Numbered from the stretch's first letter, positions 1-10,806 are shown. The stretch: DNA of 64,000 nt from an uncultured Lachnospiraceae bacterium (GCA_947179245.1 CAMXBD010000001.1:11562-75561), one strand, 5' to 3'. Notes: generated by a model not told the origin, from the sequence alone. Program-made: numbers and translations.

Positions 1-135
1 AACTTGTGGCTCGTCCACGTCATCAATAACTTGTTCGACAACAGGTTCTGCGACTGCTTCCTCTTCTTTTCCACAACCAAATAATAAAAGAGTAGAAGAT
101 AAGGCTACAAGACAAAGAACTTGTAATCTTTTCAT
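1..135 (-). CDS. Putative lipoprotein, N-terminal part only (runs off window start)
   Basis: Read manually on the minus strand from ATG at 135: MKRLQVLCLVALSSTLLLFGCGKEEEAVAEPVVEQVIDDVDEPQV. Basic N-terminus, hydrophobic core, LFGC lipobox, AGGAG RBS upstream. Confidence 0.8.
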   Translation of the reverse strand, partial: MKRLQVLCLVALSSTLLLFGCGKEEEAVAEPVVEQVIDDVDEPQV

Positions 136-189
136 TTCTAATTCTCTCCTTTGTTTCTTCTTTAAACTTAAAAATACCCAACTGCACCT

Positions 190-218
190 AGTATATCATA
201 ACTAAAAGGGTGAGTCAC
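190..218 (-). promoter_or_regulatory. SigA-type promoter for the minus-strand lipoprotein
   Basis: GTGACT-17 bp-TATACT with TG extended -10 on the minus strand. Confidence 0.55.
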
Positions 219-325
219 TAGAAAAAAATTGAAAAAATCCACAAAATGTTAATAAATTATTACAAAAAGTTTGTAACTATGTATAGTCACCTTTTGCGTA
301 TTTCGCGATGCTTTGTGGATTGCAA

Positions 326-354
326 TTGCATAATTCTGCCATAGGTTGTAGAAT
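326..354 (+). promoter_or_regulatory. SigA-type promoter upstream of rfbD
   Basis: TTGCAT(326-331)-17 bp-TAGAAT(349-354). Confidence 0.55.
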
Positions 355-390
355 ATAAATCAACACTAACAAAGAAGTCTGGAGGGAAAC

Positions 391-1233
391 ATGAAGAAAG
401 TGATAGTGACCGGCGCGAACGGACAATTAGGGCGCGCTATCAATGGGTTGTATGCGGGTAGTGCGGAATATGAATTAATCAATACAGACGTAGGCGAACT
501 GGATATTACAAATATAGACCGGGTCATGGAATTTGCGCGGGAAATACGTCCCTATGCGATCATCAACTGCGCAGCATATACTGCGGTAGAAGCGTGTGAA
601 CAGGAAGAGGATCTTGCATTTCGTATCAATGCGATTGGTCCGAGAAATTTAAGTATTGCCGCTACTGAGACAGGCGCAAAACTGATGCATGTTTCCACGG
701 ATTATGTGTTTGACGGCAACGGGAACAGACCATATCTGGAGACCGATCCGGTGGGACCACAGGGAGCATATGGCAGAACCAAACTTGCCGGTGAAAATTT
801 TGTCAGGGAATTTAGTTATAAACACTATATCGTGCGCACCGCATGGCTGTACGGAGATGGCAAGAACTTTGTCAAGACGATGCTGCGGCTGTCGGAGACA
901 AATGATAAAGTCAGAGTGGTTAAAGATCAGGTGGGTTCGCCGACGAGTGCGGCTGAACTGGCGAAAGCCATTGCTTATCTGCTTCCTACTGAGAACTATG
1001 GGCTTTTTCACGGAACCTGTGAGGGTGACTGCAGCTGGGCTCAGTTTACGGAAGAGATATTCAGGCTGGCGGGTAAGAGCACGGTAGTGGAGCCGATTAC
1101 TTCGGAAGAATACGGTGCGGCAGTAAAGCGTCCTGCATATTCGATCTTAGAGAATTATATGCTGAAGATGACCACTGATTTTATGTTTGCCGATTGGCAC
1201 GATGCCATTGCAGAATACTTAAAGACGGTATAA
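391..1233 (+). CDS. rfbD: dTDP-4-dehydrorhamnose reductase
   Basis: GANGQLG Rossmann motif, NCAAYTAV, STDYVFDG, YGRTKLAGE (YxxxK), DQVGSPT. Confidence 0.95.
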   Translation: MKKVIVTGANGQLGRAINGLYAGSAEYELINTDVGELDITNIDRVMEFAREIRPYAIINCAAYTAVEACEQEEDLAFRINAIGPRNLSIAATETGAKLMHVSTDYVFDGNGNRPYLETDPVGPQGAYGRTKLAGENFVREFSYKHYIVRTAWLYGDGKNFVKTMLRLSETNDKVRVVKDQVGSPTSAAELAKAIAYLLPTENYGLFHGTCEGDCSWAQFTEEIFRLAGKSTVVEPITSEEYGAAVKRPAYSILENYMLKMTTDFMFADWHDAIAEYLKTV

Positions 1234-1303
1234 TATGCTTTACACAAATTTAATTTTATGAGAAAATAACCCATATAACAGTGAGAAAGGAATATATTTT
1301 GAT

Positions 1304-2371
1304 ATGCAGAAAATAGCGTTGGTTACAGGTATTACAGGACAGGATGGCTCGTATTTGGCGGAGTTTTTGTTGGAGAAGGGATATGAAGTGCACGGTCTGA
1401 TACGCAGACACAGTATTTCCAATACCGCCAGAATAGATCATCTGATTAATTCTGAATATAATAAAGTAAAATTCTTTTTACATTTTGCGGATACGACGGA
1501 CTCCAGTAATCTGATGCGGCTGATCGCAGAGATCCGTCCGACTGAGGTGTACAATCTGGCGGCACAGTCGCATGTAGGTGTGTCCTTTGAGGTGCCGGAG
1601 TATACGGCGGAAGCGACCGGTGTAAGCACATTAAAACTGCTTGAAGCAATCCGCGTTAATGGCGGAACATGCAGATTCTATCAGGCATCAACTTCCGAGC
1701 TGTTTGGCGGTATTCCGGAGACGGCGCCGCAGAGTGAGAAGACGCCTTTTTATCCGAAGAGCCCTTACGGAGCGGCGAAATTATATTCTTATTGGATTAC
1801 GGTAAATTACAGAGAGTCCTATAATATGTATGCCTGCAACGGTATCCTGTTTAATCATGAGTCACCGAGACGCGGCGAGAATTTTGTTACAAGGAAGATT
1901 ACTCTGGCAATCGCAAATATTATTGCAGGCAAGCAGGACAAGCTGTCTCTGGGTAATATGAATGCAAAGCGCGACTGGGGATTTGCGGGTGACTATGTCA
2001 AAGGAATGTGGCTCATGTTACAGCAGGATACACCGAGCGATTATGTGCTTGCAACCAATGAGACGCATACAGTCAGGGAATTTGTTGAAGCGGCATTTGA
2101 TGAACTCGGTATCAAGATTCGCTGGGAGGGAACCGGCGTCGCTGAGAAGGGTTATAACGCGGCAGACGGCAGATTACTTGTTGATGTTAATCCGGAATTC
2201 TATCGTCCGGCGGAAGTTGAGTTCTTATGGGGTAACTGTGAGAAGGCTGAAAAAGAGCTGGGATGGAAGAGAGATGTGGACTTCAAGGCATTAGTAGCCA
2301 TGATGATGGATTCTGATCTTAAGGAGATTGCAGGCTTAAGCTGTGAGGAATATAAGCAGAAGAATCAGTAA
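1304..2371 (+). CDS. gmd: GDP-mannose 4,6-dehydratase
   Basis: [56 protein letters not shown]. Confidence 0.97.
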   Translation: MQKIALVTGITGQDGSYLAEFLLEKGYEVHGLIRRHSISNTARIDHLINSEYNKVKFFLHFADTTDSSNLMRLIAEIRPTEVYNLAAQSHVGVSFEVPEYTAEATGVSTLKLLEAIRVNGGTCRFYQASTSELFGGIPETAPQSEKTPFYPKSPYGAAKLYSYWITVNYRESYNMYACNGILFNHESPRRGENFVTRKITLAIANIIAGKQDKLSLGNMNAKRDWGFAGDYVKGMWLMLQQDTPSDYVLATNETHTVREFVEAAFDELGIKIRWEGTGVAEKGYNAADGRLLVDVNPEFYRPAEVEFLWGNCEKAEKELGWKRDVDFKALVAMMMDSDLKEIAGLSCEEYKQKNQ

Positions 2372-2394
2372 ATAAGAGAAAGGCATGGATATCT

Positions 2395-4152
2395 ATGCTG
2401 TCAGTGATAGTCATATGGATCTACATGTTTCTCACTACGTTTCCTATCGGATATGGGGTCGTGTGTGCAGTCACGCGGGGAATGCCGTACCGGGTTAAGC
2501 ACATAGATTCTTATCTGATATGTGGTCTGGCAGGGGCTGCGGTATATGCGCAGGCTGTCAGTCTGATCGGTCCTGTCGGACTGGCTGCTAACCTGTTTCT
2601 GTGCGCGGCGGATCTGATTATTATATGGGTCTGCAGACGGACGCTTGGAGACATGCTGCGGGAAGCGTGGTGCAATATACGGGAAAATCGATTAGGAGAA
2701 AGAGGGAGGATGTTTATCATACTATTCCTCTTTTTACTATTTGCATATGGTGCTTCGCGGGGTATTATTCATTATGATACAAGCCTGTACCATGCCCAGA
2801 GTATCAGATGGATTGAGGAATACGGTGTCGTAAAGGGATTGGGCAATCTGCATTGCAGACTGGCATACAACAGCTCTTCTTTCGCATTGTCAGCGTTATA
2901 CAGCATGGCGTTTATGGGCGGACAGTCCTATCACTGTGCAGCCGGATGGCTGGCTTTTCTTCTGGCTAAAGTATGTATGGAGATTGGGGCCTCATTAAGA
3001 TGCGGAAGACTGAGAACGAGTGATTTTGCGAGGGTGATGGGAATTTATTATCTGGTCATTATTTATGACGAGATGGTTTCGCCGGCGTCTGATTATTTTA
3101 TGGTACTATTTGCCTTTTATATTATTATCCGATGGCTTGAGCTGTCGGAGGATAAGGTCGAAGAGATATTTCCTTATGCAATGCTCTGTGTACTTGGAGT
3201 TTTTCTGATGACGGTAAAACTCTCGGCAGCGCTTATTCTGCTGTTGGTCATTTATCCTGCGTATCAATTACTGCGGCAGAAGCGGTGGAGAGAGATTGCG
3301 GCATATCTTGTGTTGGGAATCATGACGGCATTGCCTTATTTCATAAGAAATGTATTACTGTCCGGATGGCTGGTCTATCCTTTTACGCAGATTGATCTGT
3401 TTGATGTGGTCTGGAAAATACCTAAGGGTGTGGCGGATTATGACGCAAAAGAGATTCAAGTCTGGGGCAGAGGGTATACTGATGTAAACCGGTATGATAT
3501 TTCCATGAAAGAGTGGATTGGCGAATGGTTCCGTTCTCTGGCGGGAAGTGATAAGCTGTTTGTGATCGCGGCGGTGGCGGCGGTGAGTATTCTGCTTGTA
3601 TACGGTATCGGTATGTTGTGCAGACTATGGAAAGGACAAGGGAATATTCTGCTGGCGCAGATAACCGTGGCAGGATCTTTCATTTTCTGGCTGTGTACAT
3701 CTCCGTTAATGCGTTACGGATGTGTCTATGTGTATCTGGTTCCGGCGGTGATTCTGGGCGGTATGTATGATGGCTTATTATGCGTATTGGAACAAGAAGC
3801 AGATCAGACTAAGAAACGGCAGATGGAGAAAAGCGGCAGGACAGCACATAGAACTAAGATAGGTCTGGAAACACTTAAATGGACCGGTATTGCAGCGGTA
3901 TCACTTCTACTGCTCTATAAGTGCGTGGCACTGGGCGGGGAGATTACCGCATCCTTTGTGAATGATTACTGGATTGCCCAAAAAGATTACGAGAACTATG
4001 AGACACAGGCTTACCGGATAGAAGGGGTAGATTTCTATTATCCGGTGGAGGGGGATCAGGTGGGATATGAGAGTTTTCCGTCAGCCCCGACGAAAGTGGA
4101 ATTGAAATTTTTGGGAGAGAATATGGAAGCCGGATTTGCAGCCGGGAAATAA
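2395..4152 (+). CDS. Polytopic membrane protein, LIC_10190-like, putative GT-C-fold glycosyltransferase
   Basis: Many TM segments; loop [19 protein letters not shown]...GLGNLH.RLAYNSS; [13 protein letters not shown]. Family assignment is from memory. Confidence 0.6.
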   Translation: MLSVIVIWIYMFLTTFPIGYGVVCAVTRGMPYRVKHIDSYLICGLAGAAVYAQAVSLIGPVGLAANLFLCAADLIIIWVCRRTLGDMLREAWCNIRENRLGERGRMFIILFLFLLFAYGASRGIIHYDTSLYHAQSIRWIEEYGVVKGLGNLHCRLAYNSSSFALSALYSMAFMGGQSYHCAAGWLAFLLAKVCMEIGASLRCGRLRTSDFARVMGIYYLVIIYDEMVSPASDYFMVLFAFYIIIRWLELSEDKVEEIFPYAMLCVLGVFLMTVKLSAALILLLVIYPAYQLLRQKRWREIAAYLVLGIMTALPYFIRNVLLSGWLVYPFTQIDLFDVVWKIPKGVADYDAKEIQVWGRGYTDVNRYDISMKEWIGEWFRSLAGSDKLFVIAAVAAVSILLVYGIGMLCRLWKGQGNILLAQITVAGSFIFWLCTSPLMRYGCVYVYLVPAVILGGMYDGLLCVLEQEADQTKKRQMEKSGRTAHRTKIGLETLKWTGIAAVSLLLLYKCVALGGEITASFVNDYWIAQKDYENYETQAYRIEGVDFYYPVEGDQVGYESFPSAPTKVELKFLGENMEAGFAAGK

Positions 4153-4195
4153 ATATATAGAGAAGGCACAGAAGCCTCAGAAATGGAGAGAAGAT

Positions 4196-5143
4196 ATGGA
4201 AATGAACAAGACAGACAAAATCTATGTAGCAGGACACAGGGGGCTGGTGGGCAGTGCCATTGTAAGAAATTTGGAGTCGAAGGGGTATCATAATATTATC
4301 GGCAGGACTCACAGGGAACTGGATCTTACAAGCCAACAGGCAGTCAGGGACTTTTTTGAGGCAGAGAAACCGGATGTGGTGGTGCTGGCTGCGGCAAAAG
4401 TAGGAGGTATCAACGCCAATAATACGACACCGGCGGAATTTGCTTATGAAAATATGCAGATTCAGTGTAATGTGATCAAATGCTGTCATGATTACAAAGT
4501 GAAGAAATTACTGTTTTTGGGAAGCACATGTATTTATCCGAGAATGGCGCCTCAGCCGATACCGGAAGATGCGCTTCTGACAGGAGCTCTTGAAGAGACA
4601 AACGAGGCGTATGCGATTGCTAAGATTTCAGGACTTGAGATGTGTAAATTCTTTAAGAGACAGTATGGGGATGATTTTATCAGCTGTATGCCGACAAATC
4701 TTTACGGTCCATATGATAATTATGATCTTCAGGGCTCGCATGTTATGCCGGCGATGATCCGGAAGTTCCATGAAGCGAAGGTGAGCGGCGCTCCTACGGT
4801 AGAGTTATGGGGAACCGGTACACCGCTCAGAGAGTTTCTGTATGTGGATGATATGGCTGACGCCTGCGTGTTCCTGCTTGAGAATTATAGCGGTGAGCAG
4901 CATGTGAACGTCGGAACCGGTAAAGAGGTTACGATCAAAGAACTTGCGGAGACAGTACAGAAAGTAGTCGGGTATCAGGGCGAGATCGTATGGAACCGGG
5001 ATATGCCGGACGGTACCCCTCGTAAGCTGACAGATGTGACAAAACTTCATGGTCTGGGATGGAAACACACAGTGGAGCTGGAGGAGGGAGTACAGCTTGC
5101 CTATGATTGGTTTAAGGAAAACGTAGATTCCGCAAGAATGTAG
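4196..5143 (+). CDS. fcl: GDP-L-fucose synthase
   Basis: [57 protein letters not shown]. Start moved to ATG 4196 (or 4202). Confidence 0.96.
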   Translation: MEMNKTDKIYVAGHRGLVGSAIVRNLESKGYHNIIGRTHRELDLTSQQAVRDFFEAEKPDVVVLAAAKVGGINANNTTPAEFAYENMQIQCNVIKCCHDYKVKKLLFLGSTCIYPRMAPQPIPEDALLTGALEETNEAYAIAKISGLEMCKFFKRQYGDDFISCMPTNLYGPYDNYDLQGSHVMPAMIRKFHEAKVSGAPTVELWGTGTPLREFLYVDDMADACVFLLENYSGEQHVNVGTGKEVTIKELAETVQKVVGYQGEIVWNRDMPDGTPRKLTDVTKLHGLGWKHTVELEEGVQLAYDWFKENVDSARM

Positions 5144-5244
5144 GCGATAACTTACAATGTACATAATGCCAGTTGTTTGGTATTATGTATATATGCAATA
5201 CAACTACACGATTAAAATGGTGCGCAGAAAGGAGTAAAAAGGGA

Positions 5245-5625
5245 ATGATACAAGATAATATAATGTCCGGTCGGCAACTGGAACAGGAAATCTCCGAGTT
5301 TATGTTAGAATTGGGCATACCTGCGCACTTACGGGGCTATCAGTACTTAAGAAGTGCCGTAGAAATGTGTACGGAAGACATGGAACTGGTAGGTAGTGTC
5401 ACTAAGCTGCTTTATCCGGATCTGGCTAAGTTATATCATACGACAGATCAAAAGATCGAACGGGCGATCAGAAATGCGATAGAGGTATCGTGGGAGCGGG
5501 GCAACGGTGAGTTGTTTGAGCAGCTATTCGGCTACTGTAACTCGCCGGAGTACAGCAGACCTACAAATAGTGAGTATATTGCAACAGTGGCGGATTATAT
5601 CAGGCTGAAATACGGACTGATATAG
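5245..5625 (+). CDS. Stand-alone Spo0A C-terminal DNA-binding domain protein
   Basis: LGIPAHLRGYQYLR, GSVTKLLYPDLAK, ERAIRNAIEVSW.RGN, PTNSEYIA match Spo0A_C; no receiver domain; AGGAG RBS before ATG 5245. Confidence 0.9.
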   Translation: MIQDNIMSGRQLEQEISEFMLELGIPAHLRGYQYLRSAVEMCTEDMELVGSVTKLLYPDLAKLYHTTDQKIERAIRNAIEVSWERGNGELFEQLFGYCNSPEYSRPTNSEYIATVADYIRLKYGLI

Positions 5626-5634
5626 TCGTCAGGG

Positions 5635-5664
5635 AAAGGAAGAGAGACGTCTCTTCCTTTTTTT
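5635..5664 (+). terminator. Intrinsic terminator
   Basis: AAAGGAAGAGA-gacg-TCTCTTCCTTT perfect 11-bp stem followed by a T run. Confidence 0.85.
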
Positions 5665-5715
5665 GTTTATCTATGCTAAAATATGAGCATATATGTGAAA
5701 GGCACGGTAAGCAGA

Positions 5716-6645
5716 ATGAAATTGCTCAGTGTTATAGTACCATGTTATAACGAAGAAGAAAATATCAGGGATTTTTATGATGAGCTTTTTAAGAACACTT
5801 CTTTTTTTGAGAAGAAAGAGATAGAAGTGGAACTGATTTATATTGATGATGGTTCTAAAGATCATACAGTAGAAGAAATCAGGAAACTGCATGGAGAAGA
5901 CGGCAGAGTGCATATGGTTTCTTTTTCCAGAAACTTCGGCAAAGAAGCGGCGATTTATGCAGGGCTGCAGAAATCCAAAGGCGATCTGGTCGTACTGATG
6001 GATGCCGATCTTCAGGATCCGCCATCACTTTTACCGGATATGTATGAGTATATTGAACAGGGGTATGACTCCGTGGCTACGAGGCGTGTTACGCGAAAAG
6101 GAGAACCCCCGGTCAGATCATTTTTTGCCAGAATGTTCTATCGGATCATGAACAGGATATCTAAGACAGAGATTGTGGATGGTGCGAGAGATTACCGCCT
6201 GATGACAAGGCAGGTAGTGGATGCGATTCTCGCAATGGCGGAATACAACCGGTTTACAAAGGGTATCTTCGGCTGGGTAGGATATGAGACGAAATGGCTG
6301 GAGTATGAGAACATTGAACGTAAGAAGGGCGAGACGAAATGGTCTTTCTGGAAATTGTTTGCCTATTCGCTGGAAGGCATTACCGCTTTTTCTACAATGC
6401 CGCTTACGGTGGCTGCGGTGATGGGGGCTCTGTTCTGTGTGATGGCGTTTATTCTGATTATTGTGATTATTGTAAAGACGCTTATTTTCGGTGATCCGAC
6501 TTCTGGCTGGCCTTCTATGGTGTGTATCATCCTGTTAGTCAGCGGCGTGCAGTTATTTTGTCTTGGTATAGTGGGGCAGTATTTGTCCAAGACTTATATG
6601 GAAGTGAAGAAAAGACCTATTTACCTTGTGAAAGAGGATATTTAA
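5716..6645 (+). CDS. GT2 polyprenol-phosphate glycosyltransferase (GtrB/CsbB/YkoT-like)
   Basis: VIVPCYNEE, IDDGSKD, FSRNFGKEAA, MDADLQDPP, two C-terminal TMs, EVKKRPIY. Confidence 0.9.
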   Translation: MKLLSVIVPCYNEEENIRDFYDELFKNTSFFEKKEIEVELIYIDDGSKDHTVEEIRKLHGEDGRVHMVSFSRNFGKEAAIYAGLQKSKGDLVVLMDADLQDPPSLLPDMYEYIEQGYDSVATRRVTRKGEPPVRSFFARMFYRIMNRISKTEIVDGARDYRLMTRQVVDAILAMAEYNRFTKGIFGWVGYETKWLEYENIERKKGETKWSFWKLFAYSLEGITAFSTMPLTVAAVMGALFCVMAFILIIVIIVKTLIFGDPTSGWPSMVCIILLVSGVQLFCLGIVGQYLSKTYMEVKKRPIYLVKEDI

Positions 6646-6676
6646 TAAAGGTAAGATTTAAAAAGAGGGCATTTCA

Positions 6677-7546
6677 ATGAGTGAAACGGTCAGCATTATA
6701 GTGCCGGTGTATCGTGCTAAACTGTATATTGCAGAGACGATCGCAATGGTAAAAAAGCAGACCTATCCGGACTGGGAGCTTCTGCTGATAGAAGACTGTT
6801 CGCCGGATGACAGCGCGGCGGTTATCAGGAAAATGCTTGCGGAGTATGGATTTTCTAATGTCCGTGCGGAGGATCAAGACGCGGAAAATGCAAAACAGGG
6901 AAACCTCTCTCCGGATGGATGGCAAAATATCCGGTCTATAGAAGAATATCAGGATATTTCGGGGCGGCGGATTCTGCTGGTGTGCAAAGAGAAGAATGAA
7001 GGTGCAGCTGCCGCGCGTAATACGGGACTTGATATGGCACAGGGCAGGTATATAGCGTTTCTTGATGCGGATGATGTATGGTATGCAGAGAAATTAGAGA
7101 AAGAAATACGCTTTATGAGGGACAAGCAGGCAGGATTTGTGTTTGCGGCTTATGAGTTTGGAGATGAGCAGGCACAGCCTACCGGCAAGGTGGTGCATGT
7201 TCCTGAAGAGCTTACTTATAGACAGGCGCTGTCGCGGACAGTGATCTTTACAACAACAGTTCTGTTTGACCGGAATATCATTCCGGCAGACTTGATGAAG
7301 ATGCCTGATGTAGCCAGTGAAGATACGGCGACATGGTGGCAGATATTAAGGGCGGGTTACCGGGCTTATGGGTTGAATGAAGTGCTCGCCATCTATCGCA
7401 GACCGGCGAAGTCCTTATCGTCAAATAAATTCGCAGCAGTCAAGCGCATATGGAATCTGTATCGCAGACAGGAAAACTTATCTGTGACTGCTGCTGTGCG
7501 TTATTTCATTTTATGGGCGTATAGGGCTACCGTGAGGCGGCTGTAG
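6677..7546 (+). CDS. GT2 glycosyltransferase (TuaG-like)
   Basis: SIIVPVY, EDCSPD, GAAAARN, FLDADD, SED, SLSSNK. Confidence 0.9.
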   Translation: MSETVSIIVPVYRAKLYIAETIAMVKKQTYPDWELLLIEDCSPDDSAAVIRKMLAEYGFSNVRAEDQDAENAKQGNLSPDGWQNIRSIEEYQDISGRRILLVCKEKNEGAAAARNTGLDMAQGRYIAFLDADDVWYAEKLEKEIRFMRDKQAGFVFAAYEFGDEQAQPTGKVVHVPEELTYRQALSRTVIFTTTVLFDRNIIPADLMKMPDVASEDTATWWQILRAGYRAYGLNEVLAIYRRPAKSLSSNKFAAVKRIWNLYRRQENLSVTAAVRYFILWAYRATVRRL

Positions 7547-7556
7547 CTAAAGAGGT

Positions 7557-8939
7557 GTGACTATGAAACGGATAGAATCCTTAAAAAGACTTATCATATT
7601 GCAGTTATCTTTTATTGGATTGCTTATTCATACGGCGATTTATGCTTATTTCTGGTTTGAGGATTATTATCCGTATCTGCGATTTCATGGCAAGGCGAAT
7701 TTCTTTCGTAACGGTCATCTCTTAATTATTCTGATTTATTTTGTACTGCTGTTCTTTTTTGCCAGCACTTACGGCGTCCTGAAGATTGGATATTTGAAGC
7801 CGGTTGATGTATTTATATCAGAATTTTTTTCACTGTTGTTTGTAAATGTAATTTCTTATTTTCAGATATCGCTGATGGCGAACTGGGTCGTTCAGGTGAG
7901 ACCGATTGCGGTGATGATGCTCATACAGACACTCGTTTCGATTGTGTGGGTGTTTGTGTGCAATACATGTTATTTCAGGGCATTTCCGCCGAGGGCGATT
8001 CTAATCATCCACGGTGAACGCTCCATTGACGATATCGTGTCAAAGTTTGAGTCGCGTAAGGAAAAATATAAAATTGGCAAAACTATGAATATCTCGGCGG
8101 GAATAGAAGCTGTCAAAAAGGAAATTCTGGGGGACTACGGGGCAGTGGTATTGTGGGATATTCCTGTTGCTGACAGGAATTATCTGCTGAAATACTGCTA
8201 TAGCCGTTCAATCCGCGTCTATATGATGCCTAAGATATCGGATGTTCTGGTAAAAGGAGCGGATCAGCTTCAACTGTTTGACACACCCTTGTATCTGACT
8301 AGGGAGTACGCACTTAAGATAGAACAGAGGCTTGCCAAGAGGGTGATCGATCTGATCTGTTCGATTTTGCTTTTGGTGATAGCATCTCCTTTTATGCTGA
8401 TTACCGCGATTGTGATCAAAGCATATGACGGAGGACCTGTTTTCTATAAACAGGTCAGATGTACGATAGAACGCAGGGAATTCTATATTTTGAAATTCAG
8501 AAGCATGAAAGTAGATGCGGAGAAGGATGGTGTGGCGAGGCTGGCAGCCAAGAATGATTCGCGTATCACGCCTGTAGGAAAGTTTATCCGTGCGACAAGA
8601 ATCGATGAACTTCCCCAGCTGCTGAATATACTGCGAGGAGATATGTCCTTCATCGGACCCAGACCGGAGAGGCCGGAGATCATAGAACAGTATTTGGAAG
8701 AAATGCCGGAATTTGCTTTTCGTATGAAAGTCAAAGCAGGTCTCGCGGGATATGCGCAGGTGTACGGCAAGTATAACACGACACCTTATGATAAGCTGAA
8801 ACTGGATCTGACTTATATCGAACAGTATTCGGTGTGGCTGGATTTAAAACTGATGCTCCTGACACTCAAAATCCTTATTAAGCCGGAGAGTACAGAAGGT
8901 GTAGACAGTACGCAGACTACGGCTATACGAAAGAAGTAG
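7557..8939 (+). CDS. Large initiating polyprenyl phosphoglycosyltransferase (WbaP/CpsE type)
   Basis: N-terminal TMs; KFRSM, RITPVGKFIRATRIDELPQL, GDMSFIGPRPE, DLTYI. Confidence 0.92.
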   Translation: MTMKRIESLKRLIILQLSFIGLLIHTAIYAYFWFEDYYPYLRFHGKANFFRNGHLLIILIYFVLLFFFASTYGVLKIGYLKPVDVFISEFFSLLFVNVISYFQISLMANWVVQVRPIAVMMLIQTLVSIVWVFVCNTCYFRAFPPRAILIIHGERSIDDIVSKFESRKEKYKIGKTMNISAGIEAVKKEILGDYGAVVLWDIPVADRNYLLKYCYSRSIRVYMMPKISDVLVKGADQLQLFDTPLYLTREYALKIEQRLAKRVIDLICSILLLVIASPFMLITAIVIKAYDGGPVFYKQVRCTIERREFYILKFRSMKVDAEKDGVARLAAKNDSRITPVGKFIRATRIDELPQLLNILRGDMSFIGPRPERPEIIEQYLEEMPEFAFRMKVKAGLAGYAQVYGKYNTTPYDKLKLDLTYIEQYSVWLDLKLMLLTLKILIKPESTEGVDSTQTTAIRKK

Positions 8940-8967
8940 AAGTGAAAACGCAGGCAGGGAGACAATT

Positions 8968-9978
8968 ATGCAGGAAATCAGATATGCCGATTCAGGCATG
9001 GATATGAAAAAATTAGGGATTTGTTTTATGCGTAAATGCTGGATCGTGCTTGCGGCGGCGGTGATCGGGGCGGTTCTTGGATGTGTAATTTACACGATAG
9101 TGCACACAGTGCCGGAATCGGAACGGGAATATCAGGCGGTATCCAAGATTTATCTGGATTTCGCGGCGGACGAGACAGGAGAGGTCTATCAGGCGTATAA
9201 CGGCTACACTTGGAATGATCTGATGGTGACGGACCCGATTCTCGATGTGACTATGGAATATCTTCCCGAAGACTATACGCGGGAAGAGGTTGCGGCGGCA
9301 ACAAAGGCGGAAATACTGTCTGACTTAAGACTGTTGACTATTACCATAACGACTCACAGTGTGGACAGATGCACTGCAATTATGCAGGCGACGGAGAAGT
9401 CGCTTGTGAAACAGGGCAGCATCGCCAAAGAATTTAAGAATATTACAGTGATACAGACTACGGAAGCAGGACTCGTGACGGCGGATAACCGGACGGTTCA
9501 GGCGGCGCTTATCGGATTAGTGGCAGCGGCAGCGCTGACATTATTCGGTATGCTGTTCTATTATATGCTGGACGACCGTATTCTTCTGGCGGTCGATCTG
9601 AAAATTGTGACAGATGCGTCATTTATCGGTTATGCCGGTGCGGGAGAAAGACTGGACAGAGAGTACAATGATAATCTGTCGTATCTTCAGGAGCAGATGG
9701 GTGTGATCAGTATCTTTCCTGTAGTGCAGAAAGCAGTGGCACAAAAAGGTGAGGGAAACGATAAAGATATGTCGATCACACAGGAGAAATGGAAGGAATT
9801 GTGTGATGCAGACGGTGTTGTAATCATGGTAGAGTATGGTAAAGTACATGCGGCTTATCTTGCTTATATGTTGGATCAGCTTAAGCTTAGGAAATGCTGG
9901 ACAGCTGGAATTGCAATAACCGGTGCGGACGAGAAATTCCTGAACAGATATTACGGGCGTGCGATTGGCAGAGGATAG
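8968..9978 (+). CDS. Wzz/CpsC-like polysaccharide co-polymerase with degenerate kinase-like tail
   Basis: Two TMs flanking an external loop; DDRI..AVDL....DASFIG after TM2; tail DADGVVIMVEYGK resembles a BY-kinase C-terminus; no Walker A seen. Confidence 0.65.
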   Translation: MQEIRYADSGMDMKKLGICFMRKCWIVLAAAVIGAVLGCVIYTIVHTVPESEREYQAVSKIYLDFAADETGEVYQAYNGYTWNDLMVTDPILDVTMEYLPEDYTREEVAAATKAEILSDLRLLTITITTHSVDRCTAIMQATEKSLVKQGSIAKEFKNITVIQTTEAGLVTADNRTVQAALIGLVAAAALTLFGMLFYYMLDDRILLAVDLKIVTDASFIGYAGAGERLDREYNDNLSYLQEQMGVISIFPVVQKAVAQKGEGNDKDMSITQEKWKELCDADGVVIMVEYGKVHAAYLAYMLDQLKLRKCWTAGIAITGADEKFLNRYYGRAIGRG

Positions 9979-9981
9979 AGC

Positions 9982-10776
9982 GTGATGAGTGAAGCTATGA
10001 AAATACAGCTCTTGGTATCGGCGGTGGACAAGGATATTGCCGCGCTGATAAAACAAATGCATATACACACTGATGCGGTGATCGTGAATCAATGCGATCG
10101 GTACGGATATGAGGAAATCAAGGATTCCGGCTGTAAAGTGCAGACATTTTATATGCCGGAGCGCGGTGTCGGGTTAAGCCGCAATACCGCGCTTCTGCAT
10201 GCGGGCGGAGATGTATGCGTCTTTTCGGATGAGGATATTGTATTGTCAGAGGATTATGAGACACAGATCAGGAAAGCGTATGAGGAATTACCTGACGCAG
10301 ATATGATTCTTGTCAACGTGAAAGTGGCTCCTTCCAGACGTACCTACTGGAACGAAGATATTCACCGGATTAATTACCGCAATTACGGTCGGTATCCGGC
10401 GTACAGTATTACAGTGAAGCGTGATGCACTGCTGCGTGCCAATGTACACTATTCCCTGCTTTTTGGCGGAGGGGCTAAGTACAGCAACGGGGAGGACAGT
10501 CTTTTCTTAAAAGATTGTCTGAAGGCAGGCTTAAAGATATATTCCCATACGGTATGTATCGGGGAGGAAATTGAGAGAGAGTCCACTTGGTTCAGCGGAT
10601 ATCATGAGAAATTTTTCAGAGACCGGGGAGTCTTGTATCATTATTTGTACGGGTGGCTGGCGTTACCGTTGGCGTTCCGTTTTCTGTGGGTGCACAGAGG
10701 GGAAATGTGCCGGGAGATTCCTCTTAAGCAGGCGTATTTATGGATGAAGGACGGAGTACGCGAGGCAAAAGGATAA
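9982..10776 (+). CDS. GT2 (GT-A) glycosyltransferase
   Basis: ERGVGLSRN, FSDED, FGGGAKYSNGEDSLF. Confidence 0.85.
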   Translation: MMSEAMKIQLLVSAVDKDIAALIKQMHIHTDAVIVNQCDRYGYEEIKDSGCKVQTFYMPERGVGLSRNTALLHAGGDVCVFSDEDIVLSEDYETQIRKAYEELPDADMILVNVKVAPSRRTYWNEDIHRINYRNYGRYPAYSITVKRDALLRANVHYSLLFGGGAKYSNGEDSLFLKDCLKAGLKIYSHTVCIGEEIERESTWFSGYHEKFFRDRGVLYHYLYGWLALPLAFRFLWVHRGEMCREIPLKQAYLWMKDGVREAKG

Positions 10777-10806
10777 CGGCGTAAAGTAGAAAGCAGGGAG
10801 CAGGGT

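Noticed and set aside
246-263. Rex operator
   Set aside because: Only the left half-site (TGTTAA) matches.
236-321. Invertible promoter
   Set aside because: Repeats are only 10 bp, both predicted promoters lie outside them, and no recombinase is in the window.
5173-5625. True spo0A or a spo0A pseudogene
   Set aside because: No receiver-domain remnant in the short gap after fcl; it has its own RBS and terminator.
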